From: Amoeboradix gromovi X-113
Taxonomy: Eukaryota; Fungi; Sanchytriomycota
Direction of reading: 5' to 3'
NCBI GenBank assembly: GCA_018985225.1
Contig: JADGIF010000206.1
Location: 1-14,728 of the forward strand
Length of the DNA stretch: 14,728 nt
The position numbers and the translations under genes are program-made. Positions 1 to 8,266 of the stretch are shown here, in pieces (positions within the stretch are counted from its first letter, which is position 1; every line of letters begins with the position of its first letter). Below the pieces are notes generated by a model, which had not been told where the DNA came from, did no database searches, and saw only the letters and a list, made by a program, of their open reading frames with translations.

Positions 1-390
1 TTATTTGAAATAAAGATTGGATGAAAGAGTAAGAGAATAGCTGTACAGAATATTTATTTTCCTTTTATACTCGTCAATTCCGCAACTAGCTGAATGTCCA
101 CTCGCCTCTTGAATCCATAAATTAATAAAGCTGAGATAATGTTCAAAGTTGCTACAGAAAGTTAGTCCAGTTTTTATATTTGATGTCCCAATTGTAAAAT
201 TTGTAGGAATCTGAATAAAAGCAATTTTAAAGTAGATAGGGCACCATTTGGCAACAAGGAAAATTAGTCTAAATGGAGAAAAGGGCACTGTCTGTGTTTC
301 TATGGAACTTCTTGATTTTCTAGCAACAAGAAATTTAAAGGGGGAATAGAATTCATCAAAATCCTGTTTTCCTGTTGTGACCCAATTCTT
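1..390 (-). pseudogene. Open frame without an in-frame ATG; best-preserved copy of a repeated 'WCPxY...QIPTNF..GTSNIK...C....HY' module (possible decayed TE zinc-finger-like gene)
   Basis: Frame is open from 390 to the TAA at 1-3 but has no ATG. Positions 121-189 match the reverse complement of 2757-2825 at 53/69 nt ungapped (hand count). Confidence 0.4.
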
Positions 391-467
391 TTACTTGATT
401 GGGTATGAGCATTAAAATCAGGAAAACTTTGATTCAAAAGCGTTCCTGATCTAAACGTGGCACCTAA

Positions 468-764
468 ATGATTTTTACTTTAATACAATTTTCTTTTGCT
501 GCAATTGATTTGGCAAGTGAAAACCAAAAATTGACTCAGGTTATATCAGACCCGAAAAGTACCGCTGATCAAATCATTCAAGCTCAAAAAGATTTTGCAG
601 CTGCTCAAAAGCAGTGGGTCGACGAAAACAATCAAAGTTCTACCAACCAAACCGAAACATCTGATCCTGCCAACAATGACCCAAATGCCAAAAATGCGGA
701 ATCAGGAGCAGCAGACTCGAAGTTATTTGGAGCTTTACTAATCTCCTCTATAATCTTCCAATAA
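468..764 (+). CDS. Small secreted, probably GPI-anchored protein (98 aa)
   Basis: Short N-terminal signal (MIFTLIQFSFA), helical Q/A-rich segment, N/S/T/D-rich linker, and C-terminal small-residue plus hydrophobic tail (SGAADSKLFGALLISSIIFQ). AATAAA at 760-765 overlaps the stop. Confidence 0.75.
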   Translation: MIFTLIQFSFAAIDLASENQKLTQVISDPKSTADQIIQAQKDFAAAQKQWVDENNQSSTNQTETSDPANNDPNAKNAESGAADSKLFGALLISSIIFQ

Positions 765-795
765 ATTTTTTTATAACACTACTAACTTTTATTTA

Positions 796-2301
796 TTACA
801 GCCCTCTTAGCAACACTCTATTTGTTGATTCCATTCTTACTTTCAAATCATATTTATTCTCTTTTCTTTGCATCCAGATTACGACACCAATAAGTATTAC
901 TGAACTCGCTACTAGTACTGCTATCACGGTAAATGCATCCCCCATCTTCATATATAATAATATTTGGTTAGAAAAGAAGTACAGATGTGAATTCGGAATT
1001 ATTCCATCTTGCGTAATCGACTCGTAGGTTGTTATGCTCAATTGAGGTATATAATTCGTGATGCTCCCTAAGCCTATCCATTCATAAGGCAGTGATAGAT
1101 GTACATTACTGTGACTTAATGCCATTCCATGTGGATTACCATACTCATCGCTCAAGTAGAATTTAAAGTTGGCATCTCTACTTGGCGGTAATCTATCGCC
1201 GCAGTCCTCACAATCTATTAAAGCACTCAGCTTAAGAAAGTAGTTATGCCCGTTTACCTTGTTCTGCAGTACATACATCTCAGTACTGCTAACAGCTAGC
1301 AAGTTAAAAAATCCATTATGATTATAATCAAAGCAAGAAAATTGATCGATCGTTTTAGATCCATCTAGCTCAATTTTGTAATGATTGAATTTTAAATTGC
1401 TCTTGTTTTCTAATACATAAATTACATTACGATTCAGATAAAATATGTCAATAAAAGAATCAGAATTAAAATCACCAAAGCAGATGTTGTTTCCATCTTT
1501 TAACAAAGATTCAGTGCCTGTTATTGTTAGAGAGGTAGGCGTGAACGACGCAGTTCCCAATTGACAAGTTGTTGAATCAGGCAAATCATTTTTTAGTAAT
1601 TTCAGGTTTGTACAGTCATGATAAAGTATATCAAGAGAGCCATTTCGGTCAAAATCGGAAATTCCTATAATCTCACATATGTTATCAACTGTAGATCTAC
1701 TTATTTCTGCAAAGGTATCTGAGAATGTGATACCCTGGTCATGCTTAATGCTATAAATAGTGTATTGATTATTAGCATCCATCAAAAATAGATCTGTAAT
1801 ACAATCCCCATCTGCATCGAAGAAGAGTATTGATTTCACATTGATTTCCAGAGACATTTCCACATAGTCGGGAGAATTTTGACCATTAGACTTGCTCACA
1901 AAAACGGACAGTTTACCAGAATCTATAATAAATAGATCTGCTATGCCATCATAATTAATGTCTCTGAGTGTTACCTTATCAGAAGTAGTTGCTATTGATT
2001 TTATATTGGAAAAAGCAGAGTCAGGTTCGCCTTTATAGAACACTATATTTCCGGGACTAATGGTGACAATATCTGTGTAACCATCACTGTTAATAGAAGT
2101 TGCATACAATTTGGTTACACCTTTCGTGGAAATATTTAGATCTACTGACTGAAAGGAAACAGTATTACCATCAGAAACTTGATATGATGCATAAAGCTTG
2201 TCATCAACAGATACCAGCATGTCAATATACTTATTGCCGTCAATATCCGATAAAAACTGGATTTTATTGGCTTTTAAAAAGAGGTCAGTAACAGTCCACA
2301 T
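796..2301 (-). CDS. ITFG1: ITFG1/LINKIN (T-cell immunomodulatory protein)-like FG-GAP/VCBS repeat type I membrane protein; true start may be ATG 2374 via a micro-intron
   Basis: Repeated DxDxDGxxD loops (DIDGNKYID, DINYDGIAD, DADGDCITD, DFDRNGSLD, DFNSDSFID). Family C-terminal motifs LSLPYEWIGLGSITNYI and IIPNS, a TM helix, and the tail RKENKYD. Confidence 0.85.
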   Translation of the reverse strand: MWTVTDLFLKANKIQFLSDIDGNKYIDMLVSVDDKLYASYQVSDGNTVSFQSVDLNISTKGVTKLYATSINSDGYTDIVTISPGNIVFYKGEPDSAFSNIKSIATTSDKVTLRDINYDGIADLFIIDSGKLSVFVSKSNGQNSPDYVEMSLEINVKSILFFDADGDCITDLFLMDANNQYTIYSIKHDQGITFSDTFAEISRSTVDNICEIIGISDFDRNGSLDILYHDCTNLKLLKNDLPDSTTCQLGTASFTPTSLTITGTESLLKDGNNICFGDFNSDSFIDIFYLNRNVIYVLENKSNLKFNHYKIELDGSKTIDQFSCFDYNHNGFFNLLAVSSTEMYVLQNKVNGHNYFLKLSALIDCEDCGDRLPPSRDANFKFYLSDEYGNPHGMALSHSNVHLSLPYEWIGLGSITNYIPQLSITTYESITQDGIIPNSHLYFFSNQILLYMKMGDAFTVIAVLVASSVILIGVVIWMQRKENKYDLKVRMESTNRVLLRGL

Positions 2302-2639
2302 AATGAAACACAGAAAAATAATTATGAAAGAGTCTACATGGTCTATGGCCTGTACGAAATTCTATGACAACCATCTCAGCTTAGATAAAAAGGCGTTGCA
2401 GCAATCCAAATCCATTAAGCGTTATGTGCCATAGCAGTATCTTGACGGGGAATTGCCTGTGTTGTGAAACTTTTTTCTCATGAAAGTTCTAAGATTATTG
2501 AGTTTTAAATTCTGGAAGGTTGCTGATTTTGTGTTGTACAGCTCTACTCGTTTGAACAATCTTCTACTCTGCAGAAGCTATCGACTTTATTTGAAAATAT
2601 CGTTTATCGCGAGCACATGGCTCTATTGCAATAAAAATT

Positions 2640-2830
2640 CTTTTGTATCTAATTCCGATGGCATTAAATCGATGGTGTCCCCTCTTTAAATTAAAATGGG
2701 TTCAGTCCTTAAGATCCTGAATACATTAATTATTAGGAAATCGCTAGTAAACATCCGGGACATCAAATATAAAAACTAGACTTGCTTTCTGATACAGTTT
2801 GAATCATTATTTCAAGTATATTAACCGATA
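2640..2830 (+). pseudogene. Decayed copy 2 of the CxxC...GTSNIK module
   Basis: One frame reads RWCPLFKLKWVQ...GTSNIKTRLAF*YSLNHYFKYIN, aligning to KWCPIYFKIAFIQ...GTSNIKTGLTFCSNFEHYLSFIN of copy 1. Several in-frame stops. Confidence 0.55.
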
Positions 2831-2914
2831 GTAAATTAAATTAATCTGATTAGTTCAAGTAAATTATTTTAGTATAAAAGCTTTTCATCCATCAAAATCT
2901 TGGAAACAACGATT

Positions 2915-2990
2915 AATAAGAAGAAGAGAAAAGAAAAATAAGTTATAAGAAAGGTGGTAAGAAGAAAAAGAAAAAGGATTAAATAAAGAG
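2915..2990 (+). repeat. Purine-rich (A/G) low-complexity tract
   Basis: aagaagaagagaaaagaaaaataag...aagaagaaaaagaaaaagg; one frame reads EEEKRKISYKKGGKKKKKKD*. Confidence 0.6.
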
Positions 2991-3159
2991 TATCGTCTAA
3001 GAAAATGCACCTAATATATTTGAAAGAGTGGGTCATCTTGTTTTATTCTGAAGATAGGAATGACATTAATGAAAGAAAATTGGTTTGAAAGAAGAAATAC
3101 TGTTATTACTAATAGTATTTCCTCTTTATGGAGCACTTCCTTTAAAGACGACTTGGTGT

Positions 3160-3228
3160 ACTTTTTATATTTGGTGTCCCAGATGAAAATCATGGTATTT
3201 ATTAAAAACCGCATTCATATGGGCAAGT
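3160..3228 (-). pseudogene. Decayed copy 3 of the CxxC...GTSNIK module
   Basis: Frame reads TCPYECGF**IP*FSSGTPNIKS. Positions 3156-3185 are a 26/30 inverted match to 2752-2781. Confidence 0.5.
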
Positions 3229-3364
3229 CTAACATCATTCTCTTTTGTTTGCTGAGAATAAATTGATTAATAACTCAGTAGGATCTACTTCTGCAATAAT
3301 TATTACTACATAAATAGACCATTTTCAGTCTCATGAATTCTATTACTCAAATATCTGGTCAATC

Positions 3365-3443
3365 TTTTATGCTTGATGTCCCATATGTTTGTTGGACTTC
3401 GTCAAGTTTGGTAACTATGGCATTTCAACGTAAAACAAGGAAA
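3365..3443 (-). pseudogene. Decayed copy 4 of the module, abutting the QNS1 start codon
   Basis: Minus strand tttccttgtt...aaatgccatagttac...ccaacaaac.atat.gggacatcaagcataaaa, versus copy 1 tttccttgtt...aaatggtgccctatctac...cctacaaat...gggacatcaaatataaaa. Confidence 0.4.
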
Positions 3444-5461
3444 TGCTCTCTTTACCTATTGCAACAACCTGTATAAACGTACATGCGCTAGATGTTGAAA
3501 ATAATGCTAGAAAAATATTAGAGTCCATTAATTTGGCATATTCTCAAGGCGCAACAATTAGATGTGCCGCAGAATTAGAATTAAGTGGCTACAGCTGCTT
3601 GGACCACTTCTATGAGAACGACCTAATCCGAATATGTGTAGATAATCTTATTAAGATTATTAAAAGGTCTCCCAATGATATCTTATGCTTTGTTGGCTGC
3701 CCTTTGGAAATTCATAACAAACTTTACAATTGTTTAGTCGTCTATTTAAATAAGGAAATAAAATTAATCCGACCGAAAGGTATGCTATGTGATGATGGTA
3801 ACTATAGAGAATCCAGGTATTTTACAGCGTGGCCTCAGGGTCATTTAACCACCGTAAATGCTGTTTTCCTTCATTCGTCTCTAAATGGCAACATTCCATT
3901 TGGCGATGCTTTGCTAGAGTCCAATGACGTCTGCATAGGTATTGAAATGTGTGAAGAGCTGTTTATAACACGCCCATTTCATTGCGACCTGTATCTGAAT
4001 GGTGCACAAGTTGTTATAAATAGTAGTGGGTCTCATCATCAACTACGAAAGCTGAATCAGCGTGTACAGTTAGTAAAGCATGCCTCTATTAAAGGTGCAT
4101 ACATATATAATAATCTTCGCGGTTGTGACGGTGAGCGCGTTTATTTTGACGGTTCGAACATGATATTTATGAATGGAGATTGCTACTATTTAGGAGAACA
4201 GTTTAGCCTAGTGGATATTGAAGTAAAAACAACAAGATTGTACATTCAGCAGGTATTTAATAATTCAAGGCAACAGCCTAGTCGTACCCGCCAAAATGCC
4301 ACTTTACAATATCAGCGCATATCCATAAATTTTGACCTGCTAAAAGATGGGACTGTGGATTTAATAAGCAAATCTTTTGAGCCGAACTATTGCTCACCTG
4401 AAGAGGAAATAGCGCTGGGACCCGCCTGTTATTTATGGGATTACTTGCGCAAGAGTGGATTGAGTGGCGTGTTTATTCCGCTATCTGGCGGTGTAGATAG
4501 TTGTGCAGTCGCTCTAATAGTTTACAGTATGTGCAGGTTAGTGGTGGAATCGATTAATAAAAACAACCAAACTGTAAAAAATGATGTCCTGAAGCTTATC
4601 GGATTTGTTCCTAAATCCTGTGACGAAATGACTAATCATGTACTACATACTGCTTACATGAGTACAGAATACAGTTCATTAGAAACTAAAGAACGTGCGC
4701 TTGGTCTGGCTAATTTAATGAATGCTTACCATGTTGATGTTGATATCACGGCGATTGTTAATAGCTTCATAACTACTATTGCGACTGTATTGAATAAACC
4801 AGACATAAACAACTCTGTACAGGAGAACATTGCGCTCCAAAACGTACAAGCCCGTAGTAGAATGGTTCTGTCGTATTTGTTCTCAATTCTTATGCCATGG
4901 CATCGAAATAAGAAGGGCAATCTTTTAGTTCTGGGCACCGCAAATGTGGACGAATCATTACGTGGCTATTTTACTAAATATGATTGCAGCAGTGCAGACT
5001 TGAATTTAATTGGATCTATAAGTAAGAACGATCTGAAATTGTTCGTCTCATACTGTAAAGTTGAGTTTAAAATGGAACTATTAAGCGAGTTTATAAATGC
5101 AACGCCTACTGCGGAGTTGAGACCAACCGAGGACTGCCAATCGGATGAAAAAGAGATGATGATGACATATAAGGAATTAACCGTATACGGAAGATTAAGA
5201 AAGATAGCCAGATGTGGTCCGCTGGCAATGTTCGAACGACTACTGCTAGAGTGGCCAGACTTGACACCAACTCAAGTGTATGAAAAAGTCAAGACATTCT
5301 TTTATTACTATGGAATAAACAGACACAAAATGACAGTAATCACCCCTAGTTACCATGCGGAGTCATATTCACCAGATGATAACAGGTTTGACTTGAGACC
5401 ATTTTTATACAAGAGCTGGGATTCTTTTTATACCGCCATTGAGTCGTATTTGAATAAATGA
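3443..5461 (+). CDS. QNS1: Glutamine-dependent NAD(+) synthetase (eukaryotic type), 672 aa, intronless
   Basis: Nitrilase-type glutaminase domain (ELELSGYSCLDHF, IRPK, EMCEELF), synthetase motifs PLSGGVDS, ALQNVQARSRMV, RGYFTKYDCSSAD, PTAEL, and C-terminal NRHKMT...YHAESYSPDDNRFDLRPFLY. Confidence 0.98.
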   Translation: MLSLPIATTCINVHALDVENNARKILESINLAYSQGATIRCAAELELSGYSCLDHFYENDLIRICVDNLIKIIKRSPNDILCFVGCPLEIHNKLYNCLVVYLNKEIKLIRPKGMLCDDGNYRESRYFTAWPQGHLTTVNAVFLHSSLNGNIPFGDALLESNDVCIGIEMCEELFITRPFHCDLYLNGAQVVINSSGSHHQLRKLNQRVQLVKHASIKGAYIYNNLRGCDGERVYFDGSNMIFMNGDCYYLGEQFSLVDIEVKTTRLYIQQVFNNSRQQPSRTRQNATLQYQRISINFDLLKDGTVDLISKSFEPNYCSPEEEIALGPACYLWDYLRKSGLSGVFIPLSGGVDSCAVALIVYSMCRLVVESINKNNQTVKNDVLKLIGFVPKSCDEMTNHVLHTAYMSTEYSSLETKERALGLANLMNAYHVDVDITAIVNSFITTIATVLNKPDINNSVQENIALQNVQARSRMVLSYLFSILMPWHRNKKGNLLVLGTANVDESLRGYFTKYDCSSADLNLIGSISKNDLKLFVSYCKVEFKMELLSEFINATPTAELRPTEDCQSDEKEMMMTYKELTVYGRLRKIARCGPLAMFERLLLEWPDLTPTQVYEKVKTFFYYYGINRHKMTVITPSYHAESYSPDDNRFDLRPFLYKSWDSFYTAIESYLNK

Positions 5462-5467
5462 GCTTTA

Positions 5468-6106
5468 TTAAAAGTCTGCATTGCTTTGTTTTTTATCAAG
5501 CGCTACATCTTCATCCTCGTCATCTATGGCGGATAAACGGTGTAGATCAATTATCAAGGTTTCTTTGCATTCCAATGTGTATATATCAGTGGTGTAAGGT
5601 TTCATAACCTTTATTATTCCACAGCAATCAGTCTTTTTTAATGTTTTATTGGAATAAAAGGTATCAAAGCAAAAGTCATAAAATGTGTAATCCAAAATAG
5701 AATCGCAACAAACAATAACAGAAAGCTTGAACTTGCGCATGTTGTAAAGTTGTATTGCAGTAGGGTTACCAATGAATATAAACAGCCCATCTACATCTGC
5801 ATCAGAGTAATCAAGGGTATTTATGTAAGTAATGTCATATACTATGTCATTTATATTGATACTGCCTGATTTGATAGGTTCCAAATGATCAATAACTTCC
5901 TCAACTCTGTCATGCCCATAATGATGAGCATTCTGAAATGACACTTTAGACACACGTTTCTCAATTCTAGGAATATATAAATTCATATTGCAAGGATTAG
6001 ATATATAGAGCTTCGGGTGACTGACCAAGAGATAGCTTGCTAAAAGGTTACAAAAAGGACCGGTAATTGCATGAATTTTATTATTGTGCAATTTAATTTT
6101 TGTCAT
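5468..6106 (-). CDS. ELP4: Divergent, reduced Elongator subunit 4 (Elp4)-like protein (~212 aa)
   Basis: C-terminal pattern D.cfdtF...DCCGIIKVMKP...LIIDLHRL...acidic...ADF* resembles Elp4 (..GLl.v.KlP...f.Ie.hLP...LDF), and NAHHYG resembles IAWRY. First ATG at 6106; the ORF-track start is non-ATG. Confidence 0.5.
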   Translation of the reverse strand: MTKIKLHNNKIHAITGPFCNLLASYLLVSHPKLYISNPCNMNLYIPRIEKRVSKVSFQNAHHYGHDRVEEVIDHLEPIKSGSININDIVYDITYINTLDYSDADVDGLFIFIGNPTAIQLYNMRKFKLSVIVCCDSILDYTFYDFCFDTFYSNKTLKKTDCCGIIKVMKPYTTDIYTLECKETLIIDLHRLSAIDDEDEDVALDKKQSNADF

Positions 6107-7265
6107 CTCCTTGGACTCCTGCGGACTTCTCAGAATATAAAACATGGCAGCGCGGACTATCGCTTTCAAATAGCTTGTATATTTTACATTCGTATCCCTG
6201 TTCTTTAACGTATTGCTGCTTGTCTAATAAGAACAGGTATTCCAAGAGTTGGCCAACTAACACAAATCTTACTAGGTAAGCTAGGTGCAGACTTTTTATT
6301 AGTTTGGGATCAAACTTTATATCATTAACTGGCGCTAAGGATAAGCTCTCAATAAAGTAGTTCCTGTACACTTCATAATTGTCAAATTTCATTTTTTTAA
6401 GTTGCCCACTTATTGGATGAAATACTGAATTTGAGTAGTCAAATCCTGCAGCATAACATTCAGCCTTAAATCTTGTTCGGTATTCTAGCTTATAAAGCCA
6501 ATTCAGTATATCCTTTTCGTTTTTCCAAGTTATGGTAGAATGTGATGCAATGTTTTTAGTAGATAGCAATTGCAGTCTATCCATGAAGTCATACTTTATA
6601 CACAATTTGCGACATTCATTAGAAAGTGGAACATAGAGATTAGAACTTTTATGATAACAGCATGGACTGTGAAGGAGACCTCTAACTGAGCTATTATTAC
6701 AAAAAGCCTTCAAAACCCAGGTTGAAAGGTCGCCACATGTATGCAGCGCTGATAAAATACAATTCTCCGTTATTTTTTCGCTAAACATTTTATCTAGTGT
6801 GTTTTCATCAACCCAGCAATTTATTACATCAATGCCTTCAGTTCTGGCTTTGTTGCAGAGCAGTTCCTGACCCTCCACAACCACGCAATCTTCAAAATTG
6901 TATGTTTTCTTGAGCAATTTGCATAAAACACCTTTACCACCACCTATGTCTACAATTTTTGTAGTATTTACGGAATTAGACATACTTTGAAGTACTGGCA
7001 TAAACATACAGCATTCCGATAGTTTTTTTGCTCCGACAGACATTGATTCCTTCCGGGTTAATGAGAGCTTCGTACCGTTGTAATTAGGTAGCAGAAATCT
7101 ATTTAAATCTAGTTTTATGCGCGCGACAAATTCGCCATAATTCTCATCTTCGAAAAGCTCAATATCCTCCATAGATTTCATCCAGCTTCTATCTACTAGC
7201 CAGTCGTTTGGGTGGCTTATTAAGAATCTGTATTTGCAATTGAGTTCGCTTAAAATTTCCTCCAT
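6093..7265 (-). CDS. METTL25/RRNAD1-family SAM-dependent methyltransferase
   Basis: Motifs KK.SE, IVDIGGGKG, LHTCGDLS, PCCYHK, LE..FLLDK..Y..E and SPR, typical of Methyltransf_32. Start is ATG 7265, or ATG 7292 overlapping the DPH3 start. Confidence 0.85.
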   Translation of the reverse strand: MEEILSELNCKYRFLISHPNDWLVDRSWMKSMEDIELFEDENYGEFVARIKLDLNRFLLPNYNGTKLSLTRKESMSVGAKKLSECCMFMPVLQSMSNSVNTTKIVDIGGGKGVLCKLLKKTYNFEDCVVVEGQELLCNKARTEGIDVINCWVDENTLDKMFSEKITENCILSALHTCGDLSTWVLKAFCNNSSVRGLLHSPCCYHKSSNLYVPLSNECRKLCIKYDFMDRLQLLSTKNIASHSTITWKNEKDILNWLYKLEYRTRFKAECYAAGFDYSNSVFHPISGQLKKMKFDNYEVYRNYFIESLSLAPVNDIKFDPKLIKSLHLAYLVRFVLVGQLLEYLFLLDKQQYVKEQGYECKIYKLFESDSPRCHVLYSEKSAGVQGDDKN

Positions 7266-7290
7266 AATTTTTGAAGGATAAAACACTATC

Positions 7291-7521
7291 ATGTCATTTT
7301 ACGATGAAATTGAGTTTGAAGATTTGACCTTTGATGAAGATGCTAAGCATTTTACTTATCCTTGCCCTTGTGGTGATGACTTTATTATCGCATTAAAAGA
7401 CCTTTTGGATGGGGAAGACACAGCAAAATGTCCATCATGCACCCTACAAATACGGGTTATTTATGACATTGAGGATTTAGAAGAAATTGAATTAAAATGC
7501 GAGAGCGTTTTAGTTTGTTGA
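7291..7521 (+). CDS. DPH3: Diphthamide biosynthesis protein 3 / Kti11 (CSL zinc finger)
   Basis: YDEIEFEDLTFDE...YPCPCGD.F.I...DL.DGE..A.CPSCTL.IRVIYD. Confidence 0.96.
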   Translation: MSFYDEIEFEDLTFDEDAKHFTYPCPCGDDFIIALKDLLDGEDTAKCPSCTLQIRVIYDIEDLEEIELKCESVLVC

Positions 7522-7544
7522 AGCATCTTAATTATCAGATTTTA

Positions 7545-7780
7545 GGTAAGACATACTATAAAAACGAGACACTTTTTAAAGTAAATCTCTCAAATAACAG
7601 ACCCCGTAAAGCAAAAGTATCTCGTAATATATTGGCTACATTCTTGGGTGATACTTAGCTTCTATTTGTTTCCCATCTTGTCAAACGTTAGTATTCCATA
7701 GACTTTCTGTGCCAGAAGATGGGTATAACTCACATTCACATTTCTATATGCAACCACATCGCACTAAACACGCTGCTCTA
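7545..7780 (+). mobile_element. Possible decayed LTR-retrotransposon (Ty3/gypsy-type) integrase fragment
   Basis: One frame with stops reads KTYYKNETLFKVNLSNNRPRKAKVSRNILATFLGDT*LLFVSHLVKR*YSIDFLCQKMGITHIHISICNH, resembling the rve core 'sD.g.qFvS..f..lc..lGI.H'. Confidence 0.3.
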
Positions 7781-7817
7781 ACCCTTGACTTATTTGTTAT
7801 TACTGGATGCTCTTTAA

Positions 7818-7841
7818 TTGCAATCATTACCATGATTGCAA
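7818..7841. repeat. Perfect 10-bp inverted repeat with a 4-nt loop
   Basis: ttgcaatcat-tacc-atgattgcaa. Confidence 0.8.
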
Positions 7842-8266
7842 AAGCCATACTTGCACCTTCAAAATTGAGAACAAAAGAGAGCAGTGTCTCTCTACCAATT
7901 CACAAACTATGTTCTTTATTGGAATACAGCAAATCCTGCTCATAAAGCCCAAAACCATAGTAAATCATACATTGGTCTTCGTTATCTTTTCTATTCATCT
8001 TAGTCGATGAAAAATCTTCCGAGACCAGTCTTAAACATCGAGTCAGCATATGATGAGCTTTCTGATGCTAATGACGATTTTGCTCATATTGTAATGGTCT
8101 GATAGAACTTATAGCTAAGAGTTTTGAATACCTTTTTTGAATTGATTTGCAAATCTTATGACATCGCTGCTTGTAGTTTTCTTAAGGTCTGTATTTATAG
8201 TGCATGTTCCATTTCACCATTATATCAACCCAGGTACAAATTACTCCTCGAAACATCTTACCCACA

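Noticed and set aside
417-450. Inverted repeat atcaggaa...ttcctgat upstream of the 468 gene
   Set aside because: An 8-bp stem is expected by chance in AT-rich DNA, and there are no ncRNA hallmarks.
2417-2480. U4 snRNA-like words (gcagtatc...gaaactttt)
   Set aside because: No k-turn stem-loop, convincing U6-pairing stem I or Sm site.
2449-2778. Protein-kinase relic (VVKLF...E..IL...VVQLY; RDIKYKN) or WD40 reading (IWDIK) of the repeat
   Set aside because: The pieces lie in different frames with no in-frame His or DFG, and cross-copy similarity is better explained by the WCP...GTSNIK frame. An N-lobe relic at 2449-2556 cannot be excluded.
7915-7945. EYSKSCS resembling the TnpB 'E.YTSKTCS' motif
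   Set aside because: No second Cys pair or RD.N motif follows.
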